A DNA stretch of 24,000 nt from Koleobacter methoxysyntrophicus. Its GTDB lineage: Bacteria; Bacillota; Thermosediminibacteria; Koleobacterales; Koleobacteraceae. The stretch lies in assembly GCF_017301615.1 (NCBI RefSeq), contig NZ_CP059066.1:2468888-2492887 (forward strand), in the 5' to 3' direction. Made by a program: the position numbers and the translations under genes. The number at the start of each line of letters is the position of its first letter. Position 1 is the stretch's first letter. Under the pieces are notes generated by a model that did no database searches, was not told where the DNA came from, and worked only from the letters and a program-made list of their open reading frames with translations. Positions 23,618 through 24,000 of this stretch are shown here, in pieces.

Positions 23618-24000
23618 ATGAAGCAAATAGGTATATTCCCTAACTTTAAAAAAGTAAATACGGCAAAAATAACTACAGAAACTATTAAATGGCTAAAAAA
23701 TAAAGGAATTAATGTATATTTACCCAGAATAGCTGTCGAAATTTTAGGGTTTCCCCAATATCAGAACTTACTGGAGAGATCTAAAGAAATCCTTGACATG
23801 GTAATTGTATTTGGTGGTGATGGAACTTTACTACGAGTAGCAAGGGAATTAGCACCTAAAGAGATTCCAATTCTTGGTGTTAATTTTGGGCATCTGGGAT
23901 TTCTTACAGAATTAGAAATCCCTGAATTGTTTAGCGGTTTAGAAAAAATTATAGAAGGTCATTACCGTATTGAAAATAGAATGATGTTAAAAACCAGTCT
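23618..24000 (+). CDS. nadK: NAD(+) kinase (5' partial, runs off the window end)
   Basis: AAGGAG lies 8 nt upstream of the ATG at 23618, and the frame stays open to the window end. The translation MKQIGIFPNFKK...DMVIVFGGDGTLLRVAREL...ILGVNFGHLGFLTE contains the GGDGT and NxGxLGFL NAD kinase motifs. It is absent from the ORF track because it has no stop codon in the window. Confidence 0.9.
   Translation, partial: MKQIGIFPNFKKVNTAKITTETIKWLKNKGINVYLPRIAVEILGFPQYQNLLERSKEILDMVIVFGGDGTLLRVARELAPKEIPILGVNFGHLGFLTELEIPELFSGLEKIIEGHYRIENRMMLKTS

Noticed and set aside
1-24000. Search for mobile elements, CRISPR arrays, toxin-antitoxin or phage-defence islands, tRNA/rRNA genes and large repeats
   Set aside because: Strand polarity and composition are uniform. 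Nearly every ORF is assignable to conserved housekeeping or sporulation families. I saw no integrase, transposase or Cas-like sequences, no direct-repeat arrays and no cloverleaf-like segments. The only compositional anomaly is the ncRNA at 19040-19632.

Overview
AT-rich chromosomal segment from an endospore-forming Firmicute with Clostridia-like K/I/E-rich proteins. All roughly 38 supported genes lie on the + strand. Most of the window is conserved housekeeping and sporulation DNA, and gene order follows the B. subtilis yrrL-yrrO, yqeG-aroE and yqhS-to-yqxC regions. In order: LysO-like exporter, mltG, trmR-like O-methyltransferase, U32 (YrrO/TrhP-type) protein, an uninterrupted sigK, yqeG, aroE, aroQ, M24 Xaa-Pro peptidase, efp, an acidic zinc-ribbon protein, the complete spoIIIAA-AH operon, an Asp23/AmaP/DUF2273 module, nusB, xseA, xseB, ispA, a divergent PAP2 (DUF212) protein, a large noncoding RNA, a 4-TM protein, dxs, tlyA, a membrane-anchored PD-(D/E)xK-like protein, and the 5' part of nadK. 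The standout is the ORF-free, G+C-enriched, helix-rich segment at 19040-19632. Its size, closing helix and neighbours (ispA upstream, small membrane protein then dxs downstream) match OLE (ornate, large, extremophilic) RNA and its partner OapA. That ribonucleoprotein is already described, but its function is only partly understood. I found no tRNA/rRNA, CRISPR, transposon, prophage or defence island, and I cannot support a wholly undescribed multi-gene system here. The least-understood parts are the lineage-specific additions around the OLE locus (the PAP2-like gene and the membrane PD-(D/E)xK-like gene) and the acidic zinc-ribbon gene upstream of spoIIIA. All homology calls rest on recalled motifs and synteny, not on searches.
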